Assembly: GCA_964291655.2 (NCBI GenBank)
Contig: OZ219802.1
Location: 1,120,001 to 1,184,000 of the forward strand
From: Chloroflexota bacterium
Lineage (GTDB): Bacteria; Chloroflexota; UBA11872; VXOZ01
DNA length: 64,000 nt
Direction: 5' to 3'
The notes below the pieces were generated by a model, which searched no databases, was not told the origin of the DNA, and saw nothing but the letters and a program-made list of their open reading frames with translations. The position numbers and the translations under genes are program-made. Shown one piece after another: positions 40,501 to 50,667 of this stretch (position 1 is its first letter; each line of letters opens with the position of its first letter).

Positions 40501-41765
40501 TGTATAGACCGGGTACATGGGTTACACATGTTCGGGCACATAGGTTACACCTTAAGGCATGGAGATTCTTACAGATGGAGGAGCGCCATGCCTTGGAAGG
40601 AGAGTACGGTTGTGTCTGAACGCAAGGAGTTCATTGCACTGGCACTGATGGAAGGGGCCAACATCAGCGAGCTGTGTCGCCGTCTGGAGATCAGTCGCAA
40701 GACGGCGTACAAGACGCTGGAGCGGTATGCGAAAGCTGGCGAAGACGGTTTGCACGACCGGTCGCGGCGGCCGCACACGTGTCCGCACCGCACGCGCCCG
40801 GCGCTGGAGGAGCGCATCATCGCCTTGCGCCTGGCGCATCCGAAGAAAGGCGCACACGTGCTGCGCCGGATGCTGCAGGACCAGGGGGTCACCGACGTGC
40901 CGGCCAAGAGCACCATCAATGCCATTCTCAAACGCCATGGGCTCATCGATCCAGCCCAGAGCGCCAAGCACACGCCCCATGTGCGCTTCGAACGACCCCA
41001 GCCCAACGAGCTGTGGCAGATGGACTTCAAGGGACATTTCGTCATGCAGCAGAACCGCTGTCATCCTCTCACCCTCCTAGACGATCACTCCCGCTTCAAC
41101 CTCGGGTTACAGGCCTGTGCCAACGAGCGGGGAGAGACGGTCCAAGACCGCCTCACCGCTGTCTTTCGCCGCTACGGCTTGCCCCAGGCCATGCTCATGG
41201 ACAACGGCTCTCCCTGGGGTAACGACAGTGCCCAGCCCTTCACGCCCCTCACCGTCTGGCTCATGCAGCTGGGCATCAACGTCCTGCACAGCCGACCCTA
41301 CCATCCCCAGACACTCGGCAAGCTGGAACGCTTCCACCGCTCCCTCAAGAGCGAACTGCTGGCAGGGACCACCTTTACCGACCTGGACCATTGCCAGCGC
41401 GCCTTTGACACCTGGCGCCACTTCTACAACTTGGAACGCCCACACCATGCCCTCGATCTCGACACTCCCATTACCAGATACACGCCTAGTCCTCGCCCTT
41501 TCCCAGAGACCTTGCCTGCCCTCGCCTACGCTCCCGACGACCGCGTACGCAGCGTCGATGTCTCCGGCCGCATCTCCTTCCAAGGCAGACGGCTCCGTGT
41601 GGGCAGGGCCTTCACGCACAAGCAAGTCGCCCTGCGACCCACCCGAACGGACGGTGTCTGGGACGTGTACTTCTCGATCCAAAGAGTAAAAACCATAGAC
41701 CTCAGAGCACAAAATGTGTAACCTATCTACCCGAACATCTGTTACCTATGTCCCCGGTCTGTACA
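40501..41765 (+). mobile_element. IS481-family insertion sequence (1265 bp) in a REP hairpin
   Basis: TGTATAGACCGGG..CCCGGTCTGTACA ~50-bp TIRs with two internal repeats; TCCCC duplication. Confidence 0.95.
40588..41721 (+). CDS. IS481-family transposase
   Basis: MPWKE, ISELCRRLEISRKT.YK HTH, PNELWQMDFKG, DDHSRF, DNG.PW, HPQTLGKLERFH; GGAGGAG RBS. Confidence 0.96.
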   Translation: MPWKESTVVSERKEFIALALMEGANISELCRRLEISRKTAYKTLERYAKAGEDGLHDRSRRPHTCPHRTRPALEERIIALRLAHPKKGAHVLRRMLQDQGVTDVPAKSTINAILKRHGLIDPAQSAKHTPHVRFERPQPNELWQMDFKGHFVMQQNRCHPLTLLDDHSRFNLGLQACANERGETVQDRLTAVFRRYGLPQAMLMDNGSPWGNDSAQPFTPLTVWLMQLGINVLHSRPYHPQTLGKLERFHRSLKSELLAGTTFTDLDHCQRAFDTWRHFYNLERPHHALDLDTPITRYTPSPRPFPETLPALAYAPDDRVRSVDVSGRISFQGRRLRVGRAFTHKQVALRPTRTDGVWDVYFSIQRVKTIDLRAQNV

Positions 41766-42147
41766 TCCCCCCAGGGAGAGGGAGTGCCCTTGCTTGAAAG
41801 TGGGGTTATGCAGAGGTCTCCCAGGGGAGAGGGTGCAGAGTACGGATCCGAGTAAACTTGGAGCAATTCCGATTCCCTCTCCCTGGGGAGAGGGTTAGGG
41901 TGAGGGGAACCCCATCTCAACACACCGCAGACCCTCCCGCAGGGACGACTTACGCGATAGTCCCTCTTTAAAGGAAGCGACCGTGCACCTCGCTTCCACG
42001 GCGCGCCCTCCGCAGGCGGCGCGAGAGAGCAGCCGCGCGGTTGCCAGCCACCAAAACCGGGCGCGCAATGATACAATCATCCATATCAATCGTGAGCATG
42101 TTGGCGCGGCGACGATCCGGCTGCATTAAAGAAGAGGAGTGGGTGTG

Positions 42148-43383
42148 ATGGAACGACTGGCCCTGCACGGCGGGACACCGGTACGCGACGGTACGAAGCG
42201 TTGGCCTAAGTGGCCGCAGTTTGACGAGACGGAACTGCGCAACGTGCGCGCGGTCTTCGAGAGCAACCTCTGGGGCGGCACGTCGCACGGTCCCATGAAG
42301 ATGGCGGCGCAGGAGCAATTCGCCGCCTACCATGACGCGAAGTTCGGCATTGGGCTCATCAGTTGTACCGCCGGCCTGGAAATCGGGCTGAAGGCGTTTG
42401 GCGTGGGCGCGGGCGATGAGGTGATCGTGCCGGCGTTTACGTTCATCGCCACGGCGTTTGCGCCCATGTACCTTGGGGCGACGCCGGTGATGGCGGACAT
42501 TCACCCGGGTTCGCTCTGCCTGGACCCCGACCGCACGGAGGAGGCGATCACGCCCCGCACCCGCGCTATCAGCCCGGTGCACTACGGCGGCTATCCGGCG
42601 GATATGGAGCGGTTTGCGGAGATTGCGCGCAAGCACGACCTGGCGATCATCGTGGATGCGGCCCACGCCCACGGGGCGGAGTGGAAAGGCACGAAACTCG
42701 GCGGCATGGGCGACGCCAGTTCCTACAGCCTGGGCGGCGGCAAGAATATGAGCACCGGCGAGGGCGGCATGCTGACCACGGATAACGAGGAACTGGCTGA
42801 GCGCTGGCTGTATACGCTCTCCAGCTTTGGCCGGGCCAAGGGCGAGCCGGGTTACGTGCACTACGAGCTGGGCGGCCACTACCCGATGAATGAGTTCCAG
42901 GCGGCGATCCTGCTGGGACAGATGGAGCGGTTCGACGAGCAGACGAAGATACGCAACCGCAACGCGCGGTATCTCAACAGCCTGCTGGCGCAGATTGACG
43001 GCATCGAGCCGCCGCCGATTCCGCCGGAGGTGACCCAGCACGGCATGCACATCTACACGTTCCGCCTCAAGCCGGAAGAGTTCGGCACGGACAAACGGAC
43101 GTTCCTGGACGCCGCGCACGCGGAGGGCGTGCCGGTCTCCGGCGGGCACCCGCGGCCGATCTACGACAATCCGATGCTGGACCTGGAAACGGGCGACATC
43201 GCGGGCGGCGCGGGCAAATTCCGCGTGATGGAGTGTCCGGAGTCCGAACTCCTGACGCGGGAAGAAGGCATCGCTATGGGCCACGTGACCCTGCTGGCGG
43301 ATGAGTCCGATATGGACGACATCGCCGAGGGCATCGCCAAGGTGCGGCGCAACGTGGGCCAACTGCAACGAGTCGCGGTGTAG
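42148..43383 (+). CDS. DegT/DnrJ/EryC1/StrS aminotransferase
   Basis: GDEVIVPAFTF.AT, PVH.GG, DAAHAHG, K..STGEGG. Confidence 0.93.
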   Translation: MERLALHGGTPVRDGTKRWPKWPQFDETELRNVRAVFESNLWGGTSHGPMKMAAQEQFAAYHDAKFGIGLISCTAGLEIGLKAFGVGAGDEVIVPAFTFIATAFAPMYLGATPVMADIHPGSLCLDPDRTEEAITPRTRAISPVHYGGYPADMERFAEIARKHDLAIIVDAAHAHGAEWKGTKLGGMGDASSYSLGGGKNMSTGEGGMLTTDNEELAERWLYTLSSFGRAKGEPGYVHYELGGHYPMNEFQAAILLGQMERFDEQTKIRNRNARYLNSLLAQIDGIEPPPIPPEVTQHGMHIYTFRLKPEEFGTDKRTFLDAAHAEGVPVSGGHPRPIYDNPMLDLETGDIAGGAGKFRVMECPESELLTREEGIAMGHVTLLADESDMDDIAEGIAKVRRNVGQLQRVAV

Positions 43384-43770
43384 GACTACTCAAGGCGGTC
43401 GTTGGCGTGGCGCGAGTTGGACAAAGGCGTGCCGGGGTAGCGAGGACGCGGTGGCTCTCTCTAATGGTCAGACCGCTGAGTGCCTTGCCAGTCAGCCTTG
43501 GCGCCCGGCTGTTGGCTGGGCAAGGGTGCGGGGCTTTCCTTTAATGGGGTCACCGACCGGTGTCCTACCTCTATTGAGGGAGAATCTGCTGCTCAGAGGC
43601 TAGTCCCTCTTTAGAGGCTGGTCCCTTAATTGATGTAAGGAAGATGGCTTGGCGGAAAGATGGATTCCCGCTTTCGCGAGAATAACGGACGACGCGCCCC
43701 TCGCGTTACCCTCTCACCTTCGCTCATCTGTAGCCCTTCTTCAACATACAAATGACAGATCGTGTTCGGT

Positions 43771-44185
43771 CTTCCTCTGCGTAGCGCGGGGGCTTGTCCC
43801 CCGCTCTTCAAACATAGCCGCACTTCCAACCTGACCGACTCCGCCACGGCATGTCTTGCGGCACTCGCCCTGGGCGGAAGTGACGCATCGTATACCGCTT
43901 TCCTCTGCGTAGCGCGGGGGCTTGTCCCCCGCTCTTCATCCTTTCCCGCACTTCCAACCTGACCGATTCTGCCACGGCATGTCATGCGGCACTCGCCCTG
44001 CGCGGAAGTGACGTATCGCAAACCGCCTTCCTCTGCGTAGCGTGGGGGCTTGTCCCCCGCTCTTCACACTTTCCCGCACTCCCAACCTGACCGACTCCGC
44101 CACGGCATGCCCCGCGGCACTCGCCCTGCGCGGAAGTGACGCATCGTATACCGCTTTCCTCTGCGTAGCGTGGGGGCTTGTCCCT
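43771..44185. repeat. 128-bp tandem array carrying a GTAG-REP (3.2 units)
   Basis: TTCCTCTGCGTAGCG at 43772, 43900, 44028, 44156. Confidence 0.92.
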
Positions 44186-44354
44186 CAATTTTGTGGCATC
44201 TACCGCCGGGGTGAAGAATGTGGTGTTCTCGGTGCCCTGCCCGGTAGCGCAGGTTTGCAACCTGCGTCCTCCTGCTGGAACGCAGTCCTTGTGGTTGCAT
44301 GTCTTTTCTTATTGCCGCAACGCTGCATTTCCCCCTCACCCCGGCCCTCTCCCC

Positions 44355-44641
44355 TGTATAGACCGGGTTGATGGGTAACAGGTGTTCGGGTTGATAGGTT
44401 ACACCATCGAATATGGGAGTTTTCGTTGTATGCAGTGTCCATGCCATGGAAGTTAGACCAACTCAATACCCTTATGGATACGGCTTTTCCCCTGGCACCA
44501 GCTCACGAACTGAACATGAGTATGTCGTGGTGCCTGGAACGTCTATTTCTCTGCCCAACCTAAAGCGCCCAAAGGTGTCAATCAGTACAATGTGTAACCT
44601 ATCAACCCGAACACCTGTTACCTATCAGCCCAGTCTGTACA
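44355..44641 (+). mobile_element. IS481-derived MITE, divergent subfamily (287 bp)
   Basis: TGTATAGACCGGG..GTCTGTACA; CTCCCC duplication; retains ATGCCATGGAAG (MPWK). Confidence 0.88.
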
Positions 44642-44746
44642 CTCCCCCAGGGAGAGGGAGCAAGACACGCCTCTCGAGGAGATTCGCGTTCCCTATGAGC
44701 GAAGGCGCTGCCAAACGTTCCCTTGTGCTTTTAGTGCGACAGCATT

Positions 44747-45093
44747 GGGGCTTGTCCCCCGCTCTTCATCCTTTCCCGCACTTCCAACCTGACCGACTTC
44801 ACCACGGCATGTCTTGCGGCACTCACCCTGCGCGGAAGTGACGCATCGCAAACCGCCTTCCTCTGTGTAGCGCGGGGGCTTGTCCCCCGCTCTTCACACT
44901 TTCCCGCACTCCCAACCTGACCGACTCCGCCACGGCATGTCATGCGGCACACGCCCTGCGCGGAAGTGACGCATCGCAAACCGCCTTCCTCTGCGTAGCG
45001 CGGGGGCTTGTCCCCCGCTCTTCATACATTCCCACACTTCCAACCTGATGTACTCCACTACGGCATTTGGCCGGGCACACGCCCTGCGCGGGA
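44747..45093. repeat. Second block of the 128-bp GTAG-REP tandem array (about 2.7 units)
   Basis: Unit starts at 44858 and 44986. Confidence 0.9.
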
Positions 45094-45342
45094 ATGGTAG
45101 ATTGCTTGGACAGAGACGAACTCACGGCTCCGGTGGGCAATCTCTTACCCAATAGGCCTGTCGCTGGCGGCGTCCAGCACAATACTCCGCCGGCAACATG
45201 AGACCCACTTTCATTCCCGAACAGAGCCTTCGGCAAACTCTGCCAAGAGATCGGTCTCGGACAGTGTGGACGTAGCTTCCAGTGTGGACGGAGCTTCGCC
45301 CTCACGTCAGCCCTTGCTTGCCATCCCATGCTCGTTCCGGGG

Positions 45343-45461
45343 GCGGAGTGAGCACACCTAGATTGTGAGCACACTTACAACGTGTGCACGATTATAGCTT
45401 GAGCACGTAGACAACGAGTGCAAATCTACAACTTGAGCACCTCGACAACGTGTGCATGCCT
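45343..45461. repeat. 7 x 17-bp degenerate direct repeats (ACAAC-K-TG-W-GCAC core)
   Basis: Units at 45343, 45360, 45377, 45394, 45411, 45428, 45445. Confidence 0.7.
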
Positions 45462-45555
45462 GCCGAGCCGCGGTGGAACCGAGCGCGCAGGCGCGCTACG
45501 GGTGGTAGAATGAAATTAAGGCAACCCACTAATTGAAAGCGAGCGTCATAGCCAA

Positions 45556-46731
45556 ATGCGTGTATGGAGGCGGTGGAGGATAGCACTAGCCAGTGTCTTG
45601 CTTACGCTGGCTCTCGGCGCTTGTGCGCCAAGTATTCCGTTCTTTTCCGGCGATGATGTCGGTGTTGATGAACTCTTGGCGCAAGGTCAGGAAGCTCTGC
45701 AAAAGGGCGACCTGGAGTCGGCTATGGACATTTACAATGAGGCCGTTGATAAGTATCCTAATGAATCCCACCCGTATCATCAGCGCGCTCTTGTACACGC
45801 GCAGTTGGGAGACATCGCCAGCGCGCTGCGGGACATGGATCGCTCGATTGAAAGCGATCCCAACGACGCCAGCCACATCTTCTTCCGGGCCGGCATCTAC
45901 CTCAACATAGGAAACCTGCAAGGGGCGCTCGATGACTTAACGCGGCTTATTGAACTCGATCCGAGTTTTGTTGAGGCCTACTTGGCACGCGCTTCAATCT
46001 ACTATGCGCAGAACCGCATGGACGAGGCCCTGGCTGACGTGGGCATGGCCATAGAACTTCGTCCCAACGAAGCGGAACTCTACTTCCGTCGCGCCAGTTT
46101 CCTTTTGACGCGAAACGACTACCAGGGCGCTGTTGACGACCTTACCAGAGCAGTGGAAGTCAACCCCGATTATGCTGAGGCGTATTACCTGCGGGGTCTG
46201 GTGGAGCAGGTGGAGGGCAACTTGGAAGCCGCGCTCGCCGACCTGAGCAAGGCCGTGGAATTGGCGCCGGAACAGCCGCAGCCGTACGTGGCCCGCGCGG
46301 GCATCTTACAAGAATTGGAACGCTACGACGATGCTCTGGTAGACCTGCAGCAAGCGGTAAACATAACCCCGCAAAGTCCGGAGCCCTATGCTGCCCGCGC
46401 TGAGGTCTATCGAGCCATGGGCCAGCTTGCGCGCGCGCTCGATGACGCGAATCGGGCTATCGACCTAGGTGAAGGCGACCCGCGGTATCTCTTGACCCGC
46501 GCGGCAGTTCTCGCCGCTCAGGACAATACGACCCAGGCCCTGCGTGACTTGGACAACGCGGTGGAGGCGGACCCAGGCTTGGCGCAGGCGTTCTTGCAAC
46601 GCGCCGAGATATACGAAAAGCTAGGCGAAACAGAAAAGGCAATAGAAGACTACACCCGGGTGCTCTCTATTCCCGCTTCGGACCAGATGCTCGAGCAGGC
46701 CCGCACGGCGCTGGAACGATTGCGCAGTTAG
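45556..46731 (+). CDS. TPR-repeat lipoprotein
   Basis: LGAC lipobox; about 10 x 34-aa AY..RA..A..DL..A.EL.P repeats. Confidence 0.93.
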   Translation: MRVWRRWRIALASVLLTLALGACAPSIPFFSGDDVGVDELLAQGQEALQKGDLESAMDIYNEAVDKYPNESHPYHQRALVHAQLGDIASALRDMDRSIESDPNDASHIFFRAGIYLNIGNLQGALDDLTRLIELDPSFVEAYLARASIYYAQNRMDEALADVGMAIELRPNEAELYFRRASFLLTRNDYQGAVDDLTRAVEVNPDYAEAYYLRGLVEQVEGNLEAALADLSKAVELAPEQPQPYVARAGILQELERYDDALVDLQQAVNITPQSPEPYAARAEVYRAMGQLARALDDANRAIDLGEGDPRYLLTRAAVLAAQDNTTQALRDLDNAVEADPGLAQAFLQRAEIYEKLGETEKAIEDYTRVLSIPASDQMLEQARTALERLRS

Positions 46732-47139
46732 GCGGATACGTGCTCTCGTCTCTTCTGCATCTGACGCGCTGCGGTTGAGCGCGTAACCCGAACAGGATCG
46801 CACGCTGCGGCGAGCGGGCGATCCTCTGGGGACATCATTGGGCATTCCACTCCGGACTATTAGGGCCCCCCGAATCCCTCGTTGAGACCATTGAAGTGCT
46901 CCGCCGAGTGCGCCGGCATAGGCTGGATGCGGCGAATGTGCTCCCTCACACCGACTCCTTCCCCAGGAGACCTCCGCATAACCCCACTTTCAAGCAGGGG
47001 CACTCCCTCTTCTGTGGGGGAGGGTTGCCCTTCGCGCCGAGCCGGAGGCCTCCACTGGGACAACACAAGCCTTTCTGCCATGGGCAGATGTTGTGTGCAG
47101 GTCCCCTTGTTGGGACGCCAGTCGGACTGCGCTGTGCCT

Positions 47140-48660
47140 CTAACGCGCCAGTTCAGCCGCGCCGCTTGCGGTGGAGCTTTGGTCCCATTGTGGTGAAGAT
47201 GGGGATTCATCCCTGGCGTTCACGCCCGCCAATGCGGAGAGGACCCCAAGGAGTACGCCGAGCAGAATGCCGATACTATGCACGAAGAGACTATCCACGA
47301 GACTGTGGGCACAGAAGGCAGCCAGACTGCCCATCAGTCCGAGTGCGAGCAAGCGCCCCCACGCGTCGGAAGTTTGCCGCCAATTGTGAGCGGCCAATCG
47401 CCAAGCGAGACCCAAGAAGAGCAGAAAAGCGGTGAGTGTTAGCAGCCCCCCTTCTGCCGCTAGATTGAGGTAGTAGTTATGCGCGTGGCCGACGCCGGTC
47501 GGCCAGCCGGGCAACGCATAGGTTGCATATGCCTTGGGGTAGTTGCCAATGCCCACACCGAGGAAGGGATTTTCGGCAAACATCTGCCAGCCGGCATACC
47601 ACTGCGAAACCCGTTCTAAGATGGCCCAGTTGTCGGGATTCGGTCCGGCGCGCAACTCTTGCACCAGACGCGAGCCATACGTGAACAAATCAGTCACACG
47701 GGTTAGCAAGGCCTCCGGTACTAACCCAAACACCAGGACAACCAGCGTTCCCGTCATCCCACCGTATGCCAGCGCGATGGCACGCAATCGGTTGCGTTGG
47801 CTGTCGAGCAACCAAACTATGCTAAGTGCCGCCAGCGTTCCCAGCCACGCGCCCCGCGAAAGGCTGAGCGCAATACCGACTGCCAGTGCGATACTTGCAC
47901 CCCAGCCCAATAGGCGTATGTTGCCACGGGGCGCTGAGAGCGCTATAGCAAGTGCAATGGGGAGAATCAGCGCCAGGTAGCCCCCGTACGGGTTGGGTTG
48001 TCCAAACGTGCCGTGGGCCCGCATCAGAATGCCTCCGGCGAGAAAGTGCGGCGGACCGATCCGGAAGGCTACCTGAAGCAAGCCGATGCCAACCTCTGCC
48101 AGGGCAACGAGCAACAGCACCCCGACCAATGCAGCGAGCACGCGGCGGCTACGCACCGTCGTGGCGGTGACAAGGTAGATCACAAAGAGCTCGGCCCACT
48201 TGCTAACCTCTTTTATGCTCAGCAACAGACTGTCCGCGGCGAGCGCGGAGAGTCCCATTGGAATCAATACAATGATGATGGATATAGTCAAAGATGGCAG
48301 CGAGGGCGTGTACCACCGCCCCACGAGCATACCGGCGAGCCAGGAGAGACCGATGAGCGCGACAAGGGGCTCGTTAACCGTTATGTCAACGTTGTCCGGT
48401 AGGCTGATGGTGCGGATGCTGCCAAAGGGAACAGTCAACAGGAGCATGCCGACACCCAAGACCGGATAGGCAAAGACGGCCACAGTCCCCGCCACCGCGC
48501 CGATTGTCAGAAGCGCCCATAGTGGAGGCAAAAACCACGCCACCAGGAGCGCGGCGAGCACACCGCAGAAACCAAGCAAACGCCATCTTTGCATCGAAAG
48601 GCGTTGCCGAGCGTAGATCCGTTCGGAGATCGCGGTGCTGTACTTGATCATGGTGTTCAC
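47140..48660 (-). CDS. O-antigen ligase (Wzy_C) family membrane protein
   Basis: RAHGTFGQPN.YGGY, LSRGAW, P.LGVG.GNY, HAHN.YL..AEGG. Confidence 0.9.
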   Translation of the reverse strand: MNTMIKYSTAISERIYARQRLSMQRWRLLGFCGVLAALLVAWFLPPLWALLTIGAVAGTVAVFAYPVLGVGMLLLTVPFGSIRTISLPDNVDITVNEPLVALIGLSWLAGMLVGRWYTPSLPSLTISIIIVLIPMGLSALAADSLLLSIKEVSKWAELFVIYLVTATTVRSRRVLAALVGVLLLVALAEVGIGLLQVAFRIGPPHFLAGGILMRAHGTFGQPNPYGGYLALILPIALAIALSAPRGNIRLLGWGASIALAVGIALSLSRGAWLGTLAALSIVWLLDSQRNRLRAIALAYGGMTGTLVVLVFGLVPEALLTRVTDLFTYGSRLVQELRAGPNPDNWAILERVSQWYAGWQMFAENPFLGVGIGNYPKAYATYALPGWPTGVGHAHNYYLNLAAEGGLLTLTAFLLFLGLAWRLAAHNWRQTSDAWGRLLALGLMGSLAAFCAHSLVDSLFVHSIGILLGVLLGVLSALAGVNARDESPSSPQWDQSSTASGAAELAR

Positions 48661-48954
48661 TATAGCACGGGGCGGAGCGGTGATCGGAAAGGCACGAGAG
48701 AAGGGTGGTAGTCGTTCGCGATTGGCTGTTATTAGCTGTGACTTGGAGCCTCTTTACTTGAGTCTGATAGCTGAGAGGATGAGCCCGGATTAGGGATAAA
48801 TCTGCCTGGCCCTGGCGCTTTCGCGCATCGGGGCGAGAACTGTGCGGCTAATGTCGGCCCAAGTTCGTCAGAATGGTTGCGTTGCACACAGACGCCACCG
48901 GGAGCGATATCCGACAATGCGAAAACCACCCCTCACCCCGACCCTCTCCCCCAG

Positions 48955-49093
48955 GAGACCCTTGCGTAACTCCGTCATTCCGGCGCAAGCCGGAATCCAG
49001 AGCGCGTTTACAACTAAAGATAGCATGATGTCAAGTCATTTCACCCCCATCCCAACCTTCCCCCTCAAAGGTGAAGGGTTATGCAATGATCTC
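48955..49093. mobile_element. 139-bp GAGACC-ended MITE inserted in a REP loop
   Basis: GAGACCCTTGCGTAAC..GTTATGCAATGATCTC; CCAG on both sides; copy at about 9770-9907. Confidence 0.7.
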
Positions 49094-49262
49094 CCCAGGG
49101 AGAGTGAGCAAAGCGACGGAGGGAGCTACGCAAGGTTTGAGGTTATTCCTTTCCTTGCGACCAGGGCAACACAAGATTCTCCCCAGGGAGTAGAAGATTC
49201 CCCATGTCCGATCTAGTACGTACTGGAGGATTCTTGGAGCGCAACACAAATTACGTCACTGA

Positions 49263-50087
49263 TTGCCAAGAGCAGCGAGAGCAGTGAGTACTCCGACCAA
49301 GTCCGATAATGAACCGCTGCGCTGGCGGGAAGTAGCCCAAGCGGTGCGGCAGCAACAGATAGGCCACAGTGTGGTCTATCGCACGGAAGTAGATTCCACG
49401 ATGGAGGTCTGCCATGCGCTGGCACGCGCCGGCGCTGAGTCCGGAGTGGTTGTGGCGGCCGACTCCCAGAGTGCCGGCCGGGGCAGACAAGGCCGGGCTT
49501 GGCACGCACCGCCCTCTACCTGTCTGCTCTTTTCCGTGCTCTTGCGGCCCACGTTGCAGCGCAATCAGTGGTTGCACGCGCTATGGCCGCTGGCGGTGGC
49601 GCTGCAAGAAGCCACGGAGCACGTGACAGGCTTGCGCGCAGCGATCAAGTGGCCGAACGACCTCATCCTGTGCGGCAAGAAGCTGGGGGGTCTGCTTGCC
49701 GAGACAACGGCGGACGCCGTGGTAGTCGGCGCGGGTCTAAATGTGAATTTTTCCACAGAAACCCTCTCGCTCGACCAACCGGTTACTACGGTTTCAGACG
49801 CGCTTGGCCGTTACATCTCCCGCGAAGAACTCTTGGTCGCCAGCCTTCGTTCGTTTGACCGTTGGTACCGTCGCTGGCTTGCGGCGCCCGACGAGGTGTG
49901 GCAGGCCTGGCGAGACGGCGCGTATTTGATCGGTCAGGCTGTGGACGTATCCGTTGGCGGGAACACGTTCAGCGGAATCGCGGAGGACCAGGACCGCAAC
50001 GGGCGCCTCTGCGTACGCGCAGCCGATGGGCGCGTGCGTCGATTCACGGCTGGCGATGTGAGCGTCCGCCTAATGCGTGCGCGGTAA
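49263..50087 (+). CDS. birA: Biotin-protein ligase without HTH (start uncertain)
   Basis: DST, Q.AGRGRQGR.W, IKWPND, KLGG.L. Confidence 0.92.
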   Translation: MPRAARAVSTPTKSDNEPLRWREVAQAVRQQQIGHSVVYRTEVDSTMEVCHALARAGAESGVVVAADSQSAGRGRQGRAWHAPPSTCLLFSVLLRPTLQRNQWLHALWPLAVALQEATEHVTGLRAAIKWPNDLILCGKKLGGLLAETTADAVVVGAGLNVNFSTETLSLDQPVTTVSDALGRYISREELLVASLRSFDRWYRRWLAAPDEVWQAWRDGAYLIGQAVDVSVGGNTFSGIAEDQDRNGRLCVRAADGRVRRFTAGDVSVRLMRAR

Positions 50088-50667
50088 CGGCACCGGGAGC
50101 TTGCCTGCGGCTGACCGGGTGATGTGCCACTCCCGGACTGGGAGAGCATGCGGACCCATCGAGCGGCGCGGTGTCCCAGGAGCGAAGGATTCTATCCTGC
50201 GCTAGCCATTAGCAAGCTATCGCGCCACTCTACCAAACAGTCGGAAATGGGCCGGACCGGCACCGACTTCCCTCTCGCTAGCTGACCCTTGCGCAATTCT
50301 GAAGGCGGAGGGCAAATTTGCTGGAGAGAAAGAGAATTCCCCTCACCCCAACCCTCTCCCCCAGGAGAGGGAGTGCCCCTGCTTGAAAGTGGGTCTATGC
50401 AAAGGTCTCCCCAGGGAGAGGGAGTGTTCTCGCCTGTAGGCATGAGTCTTGCAAGGGCCTTCCCAGGGCGAAGGAGTACTCTCACCTGCAAGCCTGGGCA
50501 ATGCAGAAACCTCCCCAGGGCGTGGGAGGTCTCTTCATCAGCAGGGACAACAAGCTGTGCAAGGCATGCCCCGTACGTGGTACGGGGCTGTCTTCGACGG
50601 AGAGTTGGATTGGATCCCAATTAGGTTTGATCGAGGAAAACCCGGAATGGGACTGTTGTTCGAGCTG

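Noticed and set aside
38352-40619. 755-aa + strand ORF
   Set aside because: Antisense shadow of the GC-rich IS1182 transposase, running across REP and IS boundaries; no motifs.
41968-43368. 466-aa - strand ORF
   Set aside because: Antisense shadow of the DegT-family aminotransferase.
43771-45093. Possible CRISPR array
   Set aside because: Inter-palindrome sequence is itself repeated, so there are no unique spacers; the period is 128 bp and no cas genes are present.
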